Shown piece after piece: positions 16,960-26,700 of a DNA stretch of 30,133 nucleotides (position 1 is the stretch's first letter; every line of letters begins with the position of its first letter). The notes beneath the pieces were generated by a model. That model was not told where the DNA came from and searched no databases. It saw only the letters and a program-made list of their open reading frames with translations. Source of the DNA: a virus (taxonomy: Duplodnaviria > Heunggongvirae > Uroviricota > Caudoviricetes); IMG/VR virus record IMGVR_UViG_2919367315_000003, positions 1-30,133 of that record. One strand, 5' to 3'. The translations under genes and the position numbers were made by a program.

Positions 16960-17757
16960 CTAATCAACAGACACCAATGCCAATCTTTCATCTTCGTATT
17001 TCTTTACAATCTTACCAACAAACTCTAAACCTTTGGCTGTGACTAGTGTTTGAGTGAAATTCATACCGTTTTTGTATACTTCGTGTACAAAGAAATATTT
17101 GCTATCCAAGTATCGCTGATAGGGCAAGTTATTCCACATAAGAATTTCCTTATTTCGTAATAGTTCCAACAGCTTGTTTCTTCCCCATTTTAGAGACTTT
17201 GCAACTTCATTGAAAGTTTGATTGTTTTCTGCGCTAATCATTTTATGAAAAAGTTCGACTTTTGGTTTTTGTTCTTCTATTTCACCTTGCAGTTTTTCAT
17301 TCTCTTCTAATTGCCCAAGCAGAGCAGCAACTGCCTCTTTGTAATTTTGGGGAACCACTTTGGTAACAGAAGTTTTATTTTTTCGTATCTGCTTTATAGT
17401 TTCAGACACTTGACGTTGAAAAGAGATAGCTTGTGGTAGGTTGGAAGCCATAAGAAACATGTATAGACCGTTTTCGTTAATGATGGTAATTTCTTGTGTT
17501 CCCCCGGGTGTATGCATTTTACATACACCTTTAAATCCCTGAAATTTGTCCAATTTTTCAGTCTTATCGATTTCTTTATTTTTACTCCCTCTGACTTTTG
17601 GATTGATTATTTGATTGGCGTAAACTCTTGGATTGGAAGCACCAATCGCTTCTGCAATTTGTTTGGGGATAAACCATGCCTCCGAAACCCCATCCCAGAC
17701 TGTTCCATCTGCATTTAAAGTATCAACAGCATGGCCTTCAAAATTTATCATGTTCAC
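16960..17757 (-). CDS. Phage antirepressor, BRO-N + KilA-C
   Basis: WFIPKQIAEAIG, TPGGTQEITIINENGLY (BRO-N); PQNYKEA, KPKVELFHK, GRNKLLELLR, NLPYQRY, TLVTAKG (KilA-C). Confidence 0.9.
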   Translation of the reverse strand: MNMINFEGHAVDTLNADGTVWDGVSEAWFIPKQIAEAIGASNPRVYANQIINPKVRGSKNKEIDKTEKLDKFQGFKGVCKMHTPGGTQEITIINENGLYMFLMASNLPQAISFQRQVSETIKQIRKNKTSVTKVVPQNYKEAVAALLGQLEENEKLQGEIEEQKPKVELFHKMISAENNQTFNEVAKSLKWGRNKLLELLRNKEILMWNNLPYQRYLDSKYFFVHEVYKNGMNFTQTLVTAKGLEFVGKIVKKYEDERLALVSVD

Positions 17758-18146
17758 TATAACAACACTCCCATATTATTATTTTGATTTTCCCGATTTA
17801 TCTCTAGCAACAAATCCAAAGGATTTAACGATGATGATTTTATAAACTTTAATGTCTGATCGTTTGTCCAACCACAGACTATTTCATACTCATATGTATC
17901 ACTCAATAGCATTTGTTCTAACATATCGAGTATTATATTTTTGAAATCGTATTTAGGTGGCATTTCAATATCCACTGAGGGCTGATATAATATGAAAGTA
18001 GTGGGGCAGTTCTTAAAATAGATATCTTTTTTAGCATTTTCTTCGTCATATCCAACTGTATGCCATGTACGTCCAAACCTGTCTCTTACATAATAGATAT
18101 TGATAGAGTGGGTGAGTGGAGCAATGAATTGAACTTTGGTACGCAT
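17757..18146 (-). CDS. Hypothetical protein, first gene of the antirepressor operon
   Basis: 129 aa, SD AGGAG; stop overlaps the antirepressor start. Confidence 0.6.
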   Translation of the reverse strand: MRTKVQFIAPLTHSINIYYVRDRFGRTWHTVGYDEENAKKDIYFKNCPTTFILYQPSVDIEMPPKYDFKNIILDMLEQMLLSDTYEYEIVCGWTNDQTLKFIKSSSLNPLDLLLEINRENQNNNMGVLL

Positions 18147-18170
18147 TTTAACAACTCCTAAAGTATTATT

Positions 18171-18214
18171 ATTACCTCAGGAGTAATTATATAATCTTTG
18201 TGGTAAATAGTAAA
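18171..18214 (-). promoter_or_regulatory. SigA-type promoter with overlapping imperfect palindrome (candidate operator)
   Basis: Minus strand TTTACT(18214-18209)-17 nt-TATAAT(18191-18186); ATTAC-ctcagga-GTAAT at 18171-18187. Confidence 0.5.
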
Positions 18215-18290
18215 GAAGAAAATGGTTTTATTTTCATGCGCGTTATGTTATTATATTTAATTATATTTGCTTATTAAAGAGGAGAATTCA

Positions 18291-18515
18291 ATGATTAGAA
18301 TTAAAGTTGCTGAATTGCTTGGGAAAAATAAAATGTCAAGAAAAGATCTTGCGGATTTAACTGGGATTAGACCAGCAACTATCGGAATGCTGTATGATGA
18401 GACTATAAAAAGAATTGAAATTGAATATCTAGAGAGAATATGTATAGCATTAAATTGTACTATTGCTGATCTCATTGAAATTGTACCTGGCGGCCAAGAA
18501 AAAAGAGACCTTTAA
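18291..18515 (+). CDS. XRE/Cro-family HTH transcriptional regulator
   Basis: LLGKNKMSRKDLADLTGIRPATIGMLY...LERICIALNCTIADLIE; SD GAGGAG before ATG 18291; divergent from the antirepressor operon. Confidence 0.9.
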   Translation: MIRIKVAELLGKNKMSRKDLADLTGIRPATIGMLYDETIKRIEIEYLERICIALNCTIADLIEIVPGGQEKRDL

Positions 18516-18526
18516 AGGTCTCTTTT
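18501..18526. terminator. Bidirectional terminator
   Basis: Perfect 26-bp palindrome AAAAGAGACCTTTAAAGGTCTCTTTT between convergent genes. Confidence 0.75.
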
Positions 18527-19262
18527 ACATTGAATAAATTTTTAGTCCAATATAATCTGAACTATTTTTTTCAGTGTAATCTATTGGAAGTTTTCCGTCA
18601 GCATCTTTTATATTTGCCTTGGCTTTGTATGTACCACCTGTTAATTCACCAAAGTAAAAATTATTCTTATCAATGACCGTTTCGTGAAGCGGTGTTTGCT
18701 TCTTATTATTTTGAATATTCACGTTCAAAGCATTTTTCTTAATTACAAGATATGTCGCATAATCATTCTTACGAATTACCCAATGCAGTATAGAATCACC
18801 ATTTGCATCTTGTGAATTTATCGTCAACTCACCTGAAGCAATCGCTGATGCAATCTTCTCCGAATCTAACTTGTCTCCTTTTGTGTATTGATCCACGTTA
18901 AAGGTTTTACCTCCTGACTTAACCGCTGCTGTTGCTGATGTTTCACTTTTTGTGGTTGTTGTAGCAGATGGGGTAGAGGAGGGAGTAGATGTTGTTCCAT
19001 TGCCTTTTACCAACTCAATTTTGCTACCACTAGCACTTGCTACATTATAGCCCATTGCTGATGCTGTATCTCTAAGAGGAAGATACGCTTTACCATTCAC
19101 ATTGATCGGACTGTCACTGAGCTTTGCTTGTTCTCCATCAACTATAATCTTGGTAGGTGTCAATGTTGCTTTTAAATATGTACTTGCTCCTGCTGCCCCA
19201 CTTAATGTTACTGCTACACCAACTATAGCACCAACAAGAAATGTTGGAATTCGCTTTTTCAT
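18525..19262 (-). CDS. Secreted protein: signal peptide, copper-amine-oxidase N-terminal (stalk) domain, S/T linker, ankyrin repeats
   Basis: MKKRIPTFLVGAIVGVAVT...AGA; KIIVDG..PINVNGKAYLPLRD; ankyrin-like QDANGDSILHW, QNNKKQTPLH, KDADGKLPIDY. Confidence 0.8.
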   Translation of the reverse strand: MKKRIPTFLVGAIVGVAVTLSGAAGASTYLKATLTPTKIIVDGEQAKLSDSPINVNGKAYLPLRDTASAMGYNVASASGSKIELVKGNGTTSTPSSTPSATTTTKSETSATAAVKSGGKTFNVDQYTKGDKLDSEKIASAIASGELTINSQDANGDSILHWVIRKNDYATYLVIKKNALNVNIQNNKKQTPLHETVIDKNNFYFGELTGGTYKAKANIKDADGKLPIDYTEKNSSDYIGLKIYSM

Positions 19263-19353
19263 TGTATATCCTCCAATTATTTGATTAGCATATGATTTAC
19301 ATACACTTACAATATATATCGGATAGGAGGGGGTGGAAGTTTATAGAAAATAT

Positions 19354-19379
19354 AAAAAGCCACCCTGTGAAGAGTGACC
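19354..19379 (-). terminator. Intrinsic terminator after GNAT toxin 2
   Basis: Minus strand GGTCACTCT-tcac-AGGGTGGCTTTTT. Confidence 0.6.
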
Positions 19380-19401
19380 TAGTAAATCTTCGTTATGTAC
19401 T

Positions 19402-19935
19402 TTAAGCATCGTAATATCGTTCAACTAAGTCTTGATCATATAAGTCGGCTATCATTGTCACGATATCACTGTTAGCTACAATATCGTCCTCAAAAAGATT
19501 GTCAAACTCAAAATTATCCTTGTACCATGTCCATTTTTCTTTAACGGCATCCAATACAATAAATCGTTCATTAAGTTGGATTGCCATGTGGAAGATATTA
19601 TTTACGATTTCTTTTCCGATACCATTATCTTGAAAATCATTATCAACTGCCAGTCTAGCTATATCTAAAACCCCAATTTCTTCTTCAGGCGTTGAACCAG
19701 CAAATAATGAAGAAAGGTTAATGTGTCTGAGAGTATAGTACCCAACAAGTTTCGTATCGATGTATACTAAGGTCGTACTAGACTCTCTTTCAATATGAGA
19801 TGGATATGCTTCTGTCTCAAGAAAAAGATCCATAGAACCATTGCCACATCTGAATTTTTTAAGTTGTGGAAGGTCATCTATGGAAATAATCTTATGGATC
19901 AAATTATTTGTATTACTTGTTGGAAAGTCTTTCAT
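19402..19935 (-). CDS. GNAT acetyltransferase, TacT/AtaT-like toxin candidate 2
   Basis: FRCGNGSMDLFL, LVGYYTL, IARLAVDNDFQDNGIGKEIV, FIVLDA, WYKDNFEF. Confidence 0.85.
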   Translation of the reverse strand: MKDFPTSNTNNLIHKIISIDDLPQLKKFRCGNGSMDLFLETEAYPSHIERESSTTLVYIDTKLVGYYTLRHINLSSLFAGSTPEEEIGVLDIARLAVDNDFQDNGIGKEIVNNIFHMAIQLNERFIVLDAVKEKWTWYKDNFEFDNLFEDDIVANSDIVTMIADLYDQDLVERYYDA

Positions 19936-20059
19936 AGTACTCTTTAACCTTTCGACTTGCGTGATTTCTCATGAATTCTTCGTTTTTCTTAGTTCTACTT
20001 AAAAAACGTTCAGCATCTTTTCCTTTTAATGTCGGTCTTTCACGAAGACTCACAGCCAT
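19913..20059 (-). CDS. Small basic protein, putative antitoxin of GNAT 2
   Basis: ATG 20059 with SD AAAGGAGG (48 aa); overlaps the GNAT start by 23 nt; motif LRERPTLKGKDAERF. Confidence 0.7.
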   Translation of the reverse strand: MAVSLRERPTLKGKDAERFLSRTKKNEEFMRNHASRKVKEYYERLSNK

Positions 20060-20184
20060 GCGTTTTCCTCCTTTACTATGCTTACTCAACTCACACACCC
20101 CCATAATTTCTATTCAATATAGAGTATGCTCGTTGGAAAGTAACATATACCAACGGAATAGAAGGGAAAGTGTTGTACACTAAT

Positions 20185-20257
20185 TGTATCACGTAGCACG
20201 TGTCACGTCCATCCAGAATATGTCACGATGAGCCAATGTGTGTCAGGGTGTGTCACG
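20185..20257. repeat. Cluster of TGTCACG-like heptamers
   Basis: TGTCACG at 20201, 20221 and 20251; TGTCAGG at 20241; TATCACG at 20187; TAGCACG at 20194. Confidence 0.7.
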
Positions 20258-20268
20258 GTAACCATGTA

Positions 20269-23200
20269 TTACATGAAGTCATAGCGAGTACCATTGAAGG
20301 TGATTTTGCCATCAGCAGAGAGGACGATAGAGGCTTTACCATTGGAAATTTTGATATCTCCTTGATCACCGATGATGTTTACATCTTTGCCGAGAATGTT
20401 TATTTTTTGTGAATCTGAAAATAAATATATTCCATCATCTTTAAGCTTAAGGCTACGCTCTTTTCCTGTATTACTTGCATTATAGATAAAGTCGAATGAA
20501 CCATTTGGTTTATTTATAAAGCCCTTACCACTATTGTTTGCACCACCATCGCCAATACCCATTTGAATATATGGAGTTGCTGCATCGCCCGATCCTTCAA
20601 ACGAAAACTTGGCCTTCACTTTTTCTTCCATACTATATTCCAAGACGGGCCATTCGGTTTCATCTACTGTCATTTCTCCTGATTGTGTAGAGTTTTTCCA
20701 ATATAAAGCTCTACCATCAGCAAGTTTCTTTTGTGTGCCAGCACCTGCTACCTTACCAGTGATCCACTTAGCTTCGTTGCTTTCTATTCGTATATAATTA
20801 GACCAATCGGTAAGAGCGGCATTTGTTAAAGTCGATAATTTGCCTGCTACAAGAGAGCTTACGAAACCCTCTGTGGCTGTAACTATATTGGCTGCCAGCA
20901 ATTGGGTATCAATCATCCCGGCCCCAACCAAATCCCACCCATTGAGGTCGAATTTTCCGTTATTTGTATCTGCCAAAAATCTTCCATCGGGTTTAGTAAG
21001 TAAAATATTTCTAAATCTAGCGCGCCCGTCCATATAAATGGCGGCATTTGCCAATTCTATATTTTCATTCCCAAGTCTGAGGCCCTGTCTATCAATCACT
21101 ACTACACTATTACCACTACCTACCTGAAACTTGCTATCGACAACTACTGAATCGCTAATATCGGCATTCACAGCATGGAGCATATTCATCCATACATTCC
21201 CAAGGTAATCTGCGTGGAACGGTGCTTCGCTCCATCGGGATGCTCCTAAGGCTAATCCCTCTTTATCTATTCTAAATACTCTTTCTCCTTCACCAGCTTG
21301 GAAGTTACCCTTCATAAACAAATCGCCATCTGGAGAAGTATAAAGTGTTTTCTCGAATGTGCCATTGCGATTACGCTCTAGCTTAAAACCATCTACATTA
21401 TCAAATGTAAACTTATTTAAAATCTTCTCGTTTCCACAAACATTCGGCTCTTCAAATCGATTTATTGTCATACCGAATCTATCAGGAGTCGTACTCAATA
21501 ATCCAATACGTTGAACTTCACGATGACAACGGTCGAATATCATAAATTTTGGCCCTGTAATTTCCAACAGACCATCAATATCTCCCAATGTTAAACGTTC
21601 ACCAACAAAAAGCTTCCCCCAAACATTATCTGCGACGATATGCGTCGGAGTTATAGCTGTGCGGTAAGACAAGCCGCCATTATCAGTTAATCCAATTATC
21701 CCGTTCGTCATTCTCACGAACTTCAACTGATCATCTGTCGAAGTCAAGGTAATTCCTTTTCTATCAATAGTCACAGTTTGATTATTAGCTATATTAATCT
21801 CATTAGTAACTTTATTACGGAAATCTTCGAATTGTTTCATAATGTCATTTGAATCTACAACAGCCTGACCCCATTTATTCTTCTTGGCGTCTACTGTGAC
21901 AGAAGTCGTATTTGCATTCTTTAAATAGGTCTCTAATTTCTTGAATTCATCTGTAACTTTATTTACATTCGCTACAACTAAACTTATATTTGAATTAGAA
22001 TAATCATATGCAATTTCTGTTATTTTAGCAGTTACATCGACACCTGTTGGTTCATACTTTACATTAGCATAGTCACCAAGATTCAACTTCTTCCAATCGA
22101 ACTGAGCTTCTACAATTTCCATAAAGTTTACAATGTCAATTTCCATGCTTAACTGCGGTCTTTGTAGCTCTGCAAATTTTTCTTGTGTTGCTTTAAATAA
22201 ATCGTCTTCGTCTATATACTTACTATCCGAAAACTCACGTTCTACTACGTATCGATTCAATTCATGAAGTTGTTCATTGGTAAAGTTGACACTTTCGCTT
22301 GTATCATGTTGTAGACTACTGATTCTTTTTTTTACATCTGTTATTTTATCTTCTACAGATTGTATTTCTTCTTTTTTAATTCTTATCTGATTTTCTTTAT
22401 TGTCATAGTTATACTTATCAATTATTGTATCGGCATTATTTGAAGCTTCGAGTTCTTCAATGGGGATAAAAGCTACTTGCATAAATACTTGTGTGTTACC
22501 ACCTGAGACACTAATTGTACTAGTGCTTTTAGATCTAAATTTATCTAGCATTACCCATTTACCTGATTGAACACTTTTGCCAGAACCATCAATACTGACA
22601 CTCACGCCATTTGCATTATCAACCTTAATCATGACAGCATAACCCAATTTTTCATTCAGGGGGAACGTTCGAGAACTATTGCCGCTGTGTTGATATTTCT
22701 CAAAGTACATTTTCCCATCAAATTGTTGAGAAATTTGTAACTCACCTAAAACAGAATTATCATTCAAAAGTTTATTTAATTCCACATTGAGCTGATTCAG
22801 TTGTTTTTCGTAAGCTCGATGTTCTTTTAGATAACCATCAAACAATCCTTTTTTGGATTTTAGCAATTCAGCATAATCGAGTAGGGCATGACAAAGTGAA
22901 TCGCTCATATAATAGCTAGACTGAATTACATTCCTATTTACGTCACGTTTAAAAGGATAAATCCAGTAAGTGAAATCTTCGATATAGTTTTGCCCTGTTG
23001 GATTCACGTTTTGAATTCCCATATCGTCCTGACCAAACGCTTTTAAGCGAGTGACTATATCTTTTACGTCTGACGTAATATTCATTGTTTTAAGATACTT
23101 ATTATAGCTAAAAGTAAGCCCTCTGTTTACACCGAATTCTTCTGGTTTAATAAGGTCAATAGTTCTCTTATCTGTATCAAATCGCACTATCGCATTATAG

Positions 23201-23724
23201 GTCTCTGCTACAGAATAAATTGCATCTAATACAGATGTGCTATTAAAACTAAATGTTCTATATGTAACTTGAAAATCTACATCAATTGTTCCTATATTCC
23301 AAATTGTATTAGCCAACAAATCATCCATAACTTGTTTAGCATGATAAGCTTGGACTTCATAAATTTTGATTGCTTTATCTTTTAGTTCTGCACTTAAAGA
23401 GTCACATCTAACTGTTTTTGCGTCATATTCATCAGTCGATTCATCAATAATTTCCTTAATAATAAACCATTCAATATTGGGACCTTCAACAACCTTGATT
23501 AAGTATCTCTCAAATATTTTATCAATGTTCTTATTTCTAAGTTTTCTATGATTGACATCCATTGAAAAGGGAATTGTTAATTCTAACGTCGATACTTCGT
23601 TGATTTTTATTGTTTTTTTGTCGTTATATGCTTCACTAATTTTACTTATAATTTCTCCATTGGGCTTGCATAGAAAATATTGAGGACGAATTGGTTTTAT
23701 ATTAAAGTCAATGTCACCTATCAT
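20269..23724 (-). CDS. Phage tail hub/spike protein (Tal-like) with beta-rich C-terminus
   Basis: 1151 aa; N-terminal LCKPNG..LELTIP..IVTRLKAFG pattern of Firmicutes minor tail proteins; LNLGDYANV; Gly-rich beta repeats; ends IKISNGKASIVLSADGKITFNG. Confidence 0.85.
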   Translation of the reverse strand: MIGDIDFNIKPIRPQYFLCKPNGEIISKISEAYNDKKTIKINEVSTLELTIPFSMDVNHRKLRNKNIDKIFERYLIKVVEGPNIEWFIIKEIIDESTDEYDAKTVRCDSLSAELKDKAIKIYEVQAYHAKQVMDDLLANTIWNIGTIDVDFQVTYRTFSFNSTSVLDAIYSVAETYNAIVRFDTDKRTIDLIKPEEFGVNRGLTFSYNKYLKTMNITSDVKDIVTRLKAFGQDDMGIQNVNPTGQNYIEDFTYWIYPFKRDVNRNVIQSSYYMSDSLCHALLDYAELLKSKKGLFDGYLKEHRAYEKQLNQLNVELNKLLNDNSVLGELQISQQFDGKMYFEKYQHSGNSSRTFPLNEKLGYAVMIKVDNANGVSVSIDGSGKSVQSGKWVMLDKFRSKSTSTISVSGGNTQVFMQVAFIPIEELEASNNADTIIDKYNYDNKENQIRIKKEEIQSVEDKITDVKKRISSLQHDTSESVNFTNEQLHELNRYVVEREFSDSKYIDEDDLFKATQEKFAELQRPQLSMEIDIVNFMEIVEAQFDWKKLNLGDYANVKYEPTGVDVTAKITEIAYDYSNSNISLVVANVNKVTDEFKKLETYLKNANTTSVTVDAKKNKWGQAVVDSNDIMKQFEDFRNKVTNEINIANNQTVTIDRKGITLTSTDDQLKFVRMTNGIIGLTDNGGLSYRTAITPTHIVADNVWGKLFVGERLTLGDIDGLLEITGPKFMIFDRCHREVQRIGLLSTTPDRFGMTINRFEEPNVCGNEKILNKFTFDNVDGFKLERNRNGTFEKTLYTSPDGDLFMKGNFQAGEGERVFRIDKEGLALGASRWSEAPFHADYLGNVWMNMLHAVNADISDSVVVDSKFQVGSGNSVVVIDRQGLRLGNENIELANAAIYMDGRARFRNILLTKPDGRFLADTNNGKFDLNGWDLVGAGMIDTQLLAANIVTATEGFVSSLVAGKLSTLTNAALTDWSNYIRIESNEAKWITGKVAGAGTQKKLADGRALYWKNSTQSGEMTVDETEWPVLEYSMEEKVKAKFSFEGSGDAATPYIQMGIGDGGANNSGKGFINKPNGSFDFIYNASNTGKERSLKLKDDGIYLFSDSQKINILGKDVNIIGDQGDIKISNGKASIVLSADGKITFNGTRYDFM

Positions 23725-23747
23725 ATAATTGTAATGAACACACCTTT

Positions 23748-23772
23748 CAAAACAGAAGGGGCATAAAGCCCC
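23748..23772 (-). terminator. Putative terminator after the tape measure gene
   Basis: Minus strand GGGGC-tttat-GCCCC followed by TTCTGTTTT. Confidence 0.5.
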
Positions 23773-23783
23773 ACAATTTATAT

Positions 23784-26700
23784 TTATGTTACTCTCAGGG
23801 TTACTCCATTACGCTCAAAGCCTTCAATTAGAGTTTTAATGGATTTTCTATCAGTCTGTGCATTTCCACTTGAACTCATATCGATATTTAAATAATTAGT
23901 GATAGTAGTAGTATCGCTTTTATTTGAATTGGAGATGGGAGAGACCTTTGCAAAATCAAAGCCACCTTTAATCTTATCTATGATTCCCCTAGTGATATCA
24001 ACCAGCTTTAACATATTAGATGTATCGTTTTGATTTAGGACTAGTTCTTTCTCATGAGCCAACAGAAACATGCCTTTGCCACCCATATTGTCAGGTGTCT
24101 TGCCACCAGTTTTAGCAGAAAACGGTTTGATTCCTTTGAGATAGTCATAACTGCCATCTGGAAATCCCCATTTAGACCGCATATCATCATTTTGTTGTTT
24201 AAGTGATTGGAACTGCGCCTGTAGGCTTTTAATTTTGTTCGCATCAGGTTTCTTTTCACGCTGTAACTGGACAACTTGCTTCGAAATATTCTCAGCTTGT
24301 TGCTTATTGGATAGATATTTCGACCAATCTGCTTTTTGATTACTATTATCTTTCCCATTGCCTGTACTGTTACCGTCACCGATCCCAACGCTAGAACCAT
24401 TGCCTATTCCACTGTCTAAATTCAGAAAATCATCGAGCTTGGACTGATCCATACTGATACTATCCAACATATTTTGAAGCTGTTTACTGGTCTCCAACGA
24501 TTGATCCTGAAGGAACGTAAAGAAGTTCGAATATTCACCCTTAAGCTCATCAATTACTGATTTAACTTTACTCTTATCATCGCTCATAAGATTTTGTTTC
24601 ATCTTATAATAGCGCTGCTCGTCTTCTAAAATATCATCATATTTTTGTTCGGTTAATTCTTTTTCTCTTTCGATATTGTCTGTGATAGCATCGTGAGTCT
24701 TATCTTCGGCGTCTTTGGATTTGTCTAAGTACTTTTTGCGGTCTTCGAGTTGATCTTGTAAATTCTCTTGTCGTAATTCTCGTTCACGATCTAATTTGAA
24801 CTTATCAATTTCCTCATTTTTAGCATCAATTTGTTCCTGTAAATCTTTTCGTCTGGCTTTAGCTTCAAATGAATTATCCAACAGTTCTTTATTGAATCTG
24901 TCCTGTAACTTTTGACGTTCATCTAATTTTTTCTTAAGTTCAGTCTCATAGTCATCAGCTTCATTATTACGACCCAGCGCCTTTAATCGAGCGTTGATCA
25001 TGTCCTCAAAACGCTTTTCTTCGTCGTCTAAATTACTAACAACTTGTTCATGCCGTTTATCTTCAGCATCCTTTTGCTTATCAATAGCCTTAAGCGCAAT
25101 ATCTTTCTGCTTTTCAACCATCTTCTTGTAAGCTTCAATAATCTTATCGGCTGCATCGGATTTAATGGAGTAGATAGCATTGTTATACTCAAGATTCTTC
25201 AGAGTTAAATCTTGTAGACGTTTAGATAATTCCTCTTTATTCTGTAGACTCAACTTTTCATTTTTCAATTGTCTCTCTACAGCTAAAATTTCTTTTTCTG
25301 TAGCAACACGCTGCTCATTAATCAGCCCAATCTGAGTAACAAGTTCCTTCTGATACTCCTTAGAATTCTCATCCAACGATTCCATACGAGCCTTAGACAA
25401 AGCAATCTTATCAGCAGCAGCATCGATCTTTTTCTCGTATTCATCGAGATTGCTCACAATAACGGCATAATACTTTTCCTGTTTTTGCTGCTCAATCTCC
25501 CACCACTTGCTACTGTTTGATGCCTTCTGTTTATCAAATTCACCAGACGTAATCTTATTTTGTTTAACCAGATTATCTAGATTGATATTCTGAGCAACCA
25601 ATTCCTTTTGCTGCGCTGTCAGCGACTTAATCTGAGAAGATTCTTCTTTTCGCCAGTTTGCTGAAACTTGATCGTACTTTGCTTGTCTACCTTGGGATTT
25701 AGCAATGTCAGCGTCCAAGGCATCAAGCTTGTTTTGGCTAATTGTCACATAGTTATCAATGTAATCAATTCGCGCCTTATAAATGTTGTCGTATGTAGTT
25801 GTTCTTTGTTCACGTGCATCAGCTTGAGCTTTATCCATATCAGAAGCAGAAGGGAGGGTGTACTTGTTTTTAGTTTTGCCACCTGAAACAGAGGAGGTAT
25901 CACCATCATAGTATCTCAATACGTTGCCAACATAATTGACATCGCCATAAACCTTGCTTCCTGTCTTGCTTTTTTGCATAGCAGAGAATTTTTTCATATT
26001 CTCAACGCTGTATCCACCGTTTTTATTAAAATAGTCCAGTATTCCCGGCCCCATGTTGTACATAGCCAAAGCAACGTCTACATTACCTGTTTGATTGAGA
26101 TACTTAGCAAACATTGAAGTTCCAGTTTTAATACTACTTTCAACGCTAGTATTTTTACCAAGGCTACTAACCTGCATGACGTTTTTAATTCCATTGGCAC
26201 CATTAGATGATTCTTGTTGAATAATAGCTTTTATTAGCGCAGGATCAACACCGTTAGCTCCAGCATATTTATTAATCAGGTCAGCATTTTTACCAGTTAC
26301 TTTTGTAGACGTAGAAGTGGAGGGAGGTTGAACTTCTGGAATAGCATTTGCACCGGGAATACGTCTAGCACCACTGTATTTATCTGCCCAATACTTGTCG
26401 TTCAGGTTCCCTTGCTTTAAGCCAGAATTGCCCATCTGCATAAAGTTACCGTCACCCATATACACACCAACATGTGAATTAGCTTTGCCTTTGACAGTGT
26501 TAAAGAATACAAGGTCGCCTTTTTGCAAATCCTTTTTATTGGTTACGGCTTGTCCTTGTTTAACTTGCTCCTGAGTAGTTCGAGGCAGTTTAATATCAAG
26601 GAACTCTTTGAACATTTGCTGTACAAACAGAGAACAGTCGGATACAGCAGTAGCTGTAAATTGATCGTAGCTAACATTAGATTTAGCAGCTTGACTATAC

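Noticed and set aside
18257-18475. 72-aa minus-strand ORF
   Set aside because: Antisense to the clear XRE regulator
20185-20257. CRISPR array
   Set aside because: Repeats are only 7-10 bp with no spacer structure and no cas genes
20200-20412. 70-aa Cys/His-rich plus-strand ORF
   Set aside because: No SD; the Cys-His pattern simply results from the TGTCAC repeats; overlaps the spike gene antisense
23722-23747. Possible ATT start for the hub/spike gene near SD AAAGGTG
   Set aside because: The ATT at suitable spacing is out of frame; ATG 23724 retained
24041-24400. 119-aa alternative-frame ORF inside TMP (possible frameshift product)
   Set aside because: No convincing SD or slippery site noticed, and no recognisable motif
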